From Mobula hypostoma (Eukaryota): DNA of 64,000 bases. The notes beneath the pieces were generated by a model. The model was given only the letters and a program-made list of their open reading frames with translations. It was not told the DNA's origin and did no database searches. The position numbers and the translations under genes are program-made. Positions 61,549 through 64,000 of the stretch are shown here, in pieces; position 1 is the stretch's first letter; each line of letters starts with the position of its first letter. The stretch covers positions 36,084,001 through 36,148,000 of the forward strand of contig NC_086111.1 in assembly GCF_963921235.1 (NCBI RefSeq), read 5' to 3'.

Positions 61549-63619
61549 TCTGATCAAACTTTGATCTTTGAACTTTGAGAACATTCCGCAGGTTAAAGGA
61601 ACCAGTTTCAGCACCACCTTCAATATATTTCTATTTTCCATTTTTCTATCCTAAATACAATTGCTTCATAAATCTACGAGTGTGCCAACAAAAGGAACAA
61701 AAATTTAATACATATTCAAAGTCCAAACAAAGTGGATTTTCCTTCCAAAGTGAAGCCATAATTCTGTAATGACTAAGAATTACATTGATGCATGCCTATA
61801 ATTGGGCATTTATTTTCATGAAATGTTTAATGAATTGTCAGCATAATCGAACATTTGATTAGAATGCAGCTCTGAGAAGAAACATAGTCATCGCAATAAG
61901 CCACCATCGAAGAAGCAATGTTCAGAAATAAAACTGTACACTGATCTTTTGGTCAGATTGCTTTTCAATCTTTTAGACTTTTGATCTTTATGGAAAGAAG
62001 TGTGTGGCATATTATGAAGAGTATTACAGTGTGTCAACGTCACTAAAGTTTGTAATATATGAATAGCATTACTTGAAACAATGGCATGTTTGCACATGCT
62101 GTGAAAGTAAAATACAATGTGGAAAATAATAATTTTACTCTTTTACAGACACAGAATAAGAGTGAAGTAATCATTTGCAAGTTCTCATTATTCGGCAAAA
62201 TGAATGCACTGTCTGCTATAAGTTGCAATTTACCAGCTGTCATGCTGAATTATCCATTTAACTAAATACAGAAATTAGTATTTTTAATTTGCACCATTGA
62301 GCAAATTTAAGATGCCTATAAAACGCAAACTATCAGAAATCTATTGCACAGCATGTGGTCCCTGTAGCCGATGTGAAAGGTCCATTTGCACATCTGTCAC
62401 TTCAGCCAGCCCAAAGAGATGAAACAGAGAAAAAGCAGCTGTGCGTTTTCCTTAATTCATAATATATAAGAAAATTAGAATCAGAAAAAGCTTTTGTTCA
62501 ATTTTGACTGATCTATGTAAATCTAAAACATTTGAAAATGCACAAAGAACCTTTAATGATATGATAATAAAATCAATAACAAATGTATTTATAATGAAAA
62601 TGAAGAATTACATTCTGTTTCACGTTTTCCTATTATTAAAAAAAGGCCATTATTCCTATTATTAAAAAATCTACAATAGCATCACAATGTATAACTCAAA
62701 AGATGGTTTTGGGGGAGTAAATAAGATCATCTGCAAATTTAGGACTTAGTCATTTTGGGGGCTAGACCTGTCACTAAACTCTGCATGGAGTTTACGATGG
62801 AGCCTTGTCCTGATGGAATTCTCTAACATTTAGCTGGGGGGAAATATACCACTTGCATACCACAGTGCATCAGACCTAGCACATGATTCAAAGCCCACCG
62901 ATTTCAGTCAGGTTTCTTCTGGTTTCGATTTTATTCTTTTTTAAAATATTTTACAAATTTTATTACCTTTGCTTTTTTAAAGAAATCTCAATGCCTCAAT
63001 ATTTAATAACTGTTGACTTCGATCCAACAGAGGATTGAGCACTGTCCCCAGTTTTGTCTTCCAGTCAGGGGTATTTGAGGTGCAGAACCTCTAAACATCA
63101 TAACCTGAGGCCTACTTTCTTCAGATATCAAGGATATATTTGAGCAATGAAACAGGACATATGCAACAAGCTTCAGCTGATGGTGTCAATTCTTGGCAGC
63201 AGGTCCAAGCCTCACAAATCGTCCCAATAATGTTATAAATTTTCAATATCCTCAGAGAAAGCTTCAGCTATCAAAATATTAGTTACTTCAGTTTAGTAAT
63301 AATGTCAATGATTTTGCCAGTCATATGGTAGAAGAGATTATAGTTGTTTTGGCAAGAAAGTTGTCTCCATGATGATATTTGCAGCTAATTAATAACTTGC
63401 CATTCCTTTTCATCAGTACCTTTCCACATGCTGTCATATTTTGCAATGAAGCAAATATCTTAATTTTGTAAATAATTGCTGTATTCAGTGCATAAACTTG
63501 GAAGTGCATTGTGATCAATTTAAAAACTCATCCGGAAAAAACTATTGGTTTATTGAGCATTCTTTAAAGAGCTACAAAAGTACAATTATTGTGTCTGCAG
63601 CCTCAAATCAATAATTGGT

Positions 63620-63785
63620 GATTTAACCAATTCCCACAGAGCCAGATAGTTATTAGTGTAAAGCAAGTAGAGCAGGGGGGGGCTAAGCGTGCACAGCCCT
63701 GTGGTGCAACTGTACTGACAGAAATCGTGGAGGAGATATTGCTGCCAATCTAAACTGACTGGGGTCTGCAAGTGAGGAAATCTTG
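63620..63785 (-). mobile_element. Small Rex1/Babar RT fragment
   Basis: GTAGAGCAGGGGG..GCTAAG..CAGCCCTGTGGTGCA corresponds to APQGC.LSPLLY on the minus strand. Confidence 0.6.
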
Positions 63786-64000
63786 CAGCTCAGATTGTAT
63801 TATTGCAGAATTATCTCCATAAAGAAAATCTTACTGGGCCCAAGAATTGAAGCTTTGTGCAATATCAGGCTGCACTTGCCATAATTGAGTCATGAGTGTC
63901 AGAACAGGTCTAACCCACCAAATTGTAAGGAAGCCCTTCAATACATAAAGCCATCTTCCAAAGTTGTCAAGTCTTTATTTTAAGTATTTCTGAATAACTT

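Overview
Eukaryotic vertebrate DNA, most likely a cartilaginous fish (ray or shark). That assignment is inferred from the repeat complement: CR1/HER1-type LINEs, HE1/V-SINE-like SINEs and elasmobranch-type Penelope ends. The window looks like very large introns. Roughly two thirds is nested transposon debris: Penelope-like elements (PLEs), CR1, Rex1/Babar, L1/Tx1, HERO, Gypsy and solo LTRs, hAT-Charlie, Tigger4-like and Tc1. I recognise no intact host CDS, and almost every ORF in the track is a TE fragment or its antisense shadow. Three small minus-strand exon candidates with strong splice sites (59433-59461, 39461-39518, 13477-13614) splice into one open frame of an unidentified gene, or may be 5'UTR exons. 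The most notable structure is a set of short, TSD-flanked, self-inverted PLE insertions (9684-10640, 13717-13924, 41734-41963) carrying minimal type-I hammerhead ribozyme motifs on both strands. Also notable are a Sleeping-Beauty-family right end (49398-49722), mammal-like Tigger4/Charlie elements, and a ~14 kb nested TE cluster whose insertion order can be read from TSDs. Family names come from recalled motifs, not database searches. Boundaries without TSDs are approximate.
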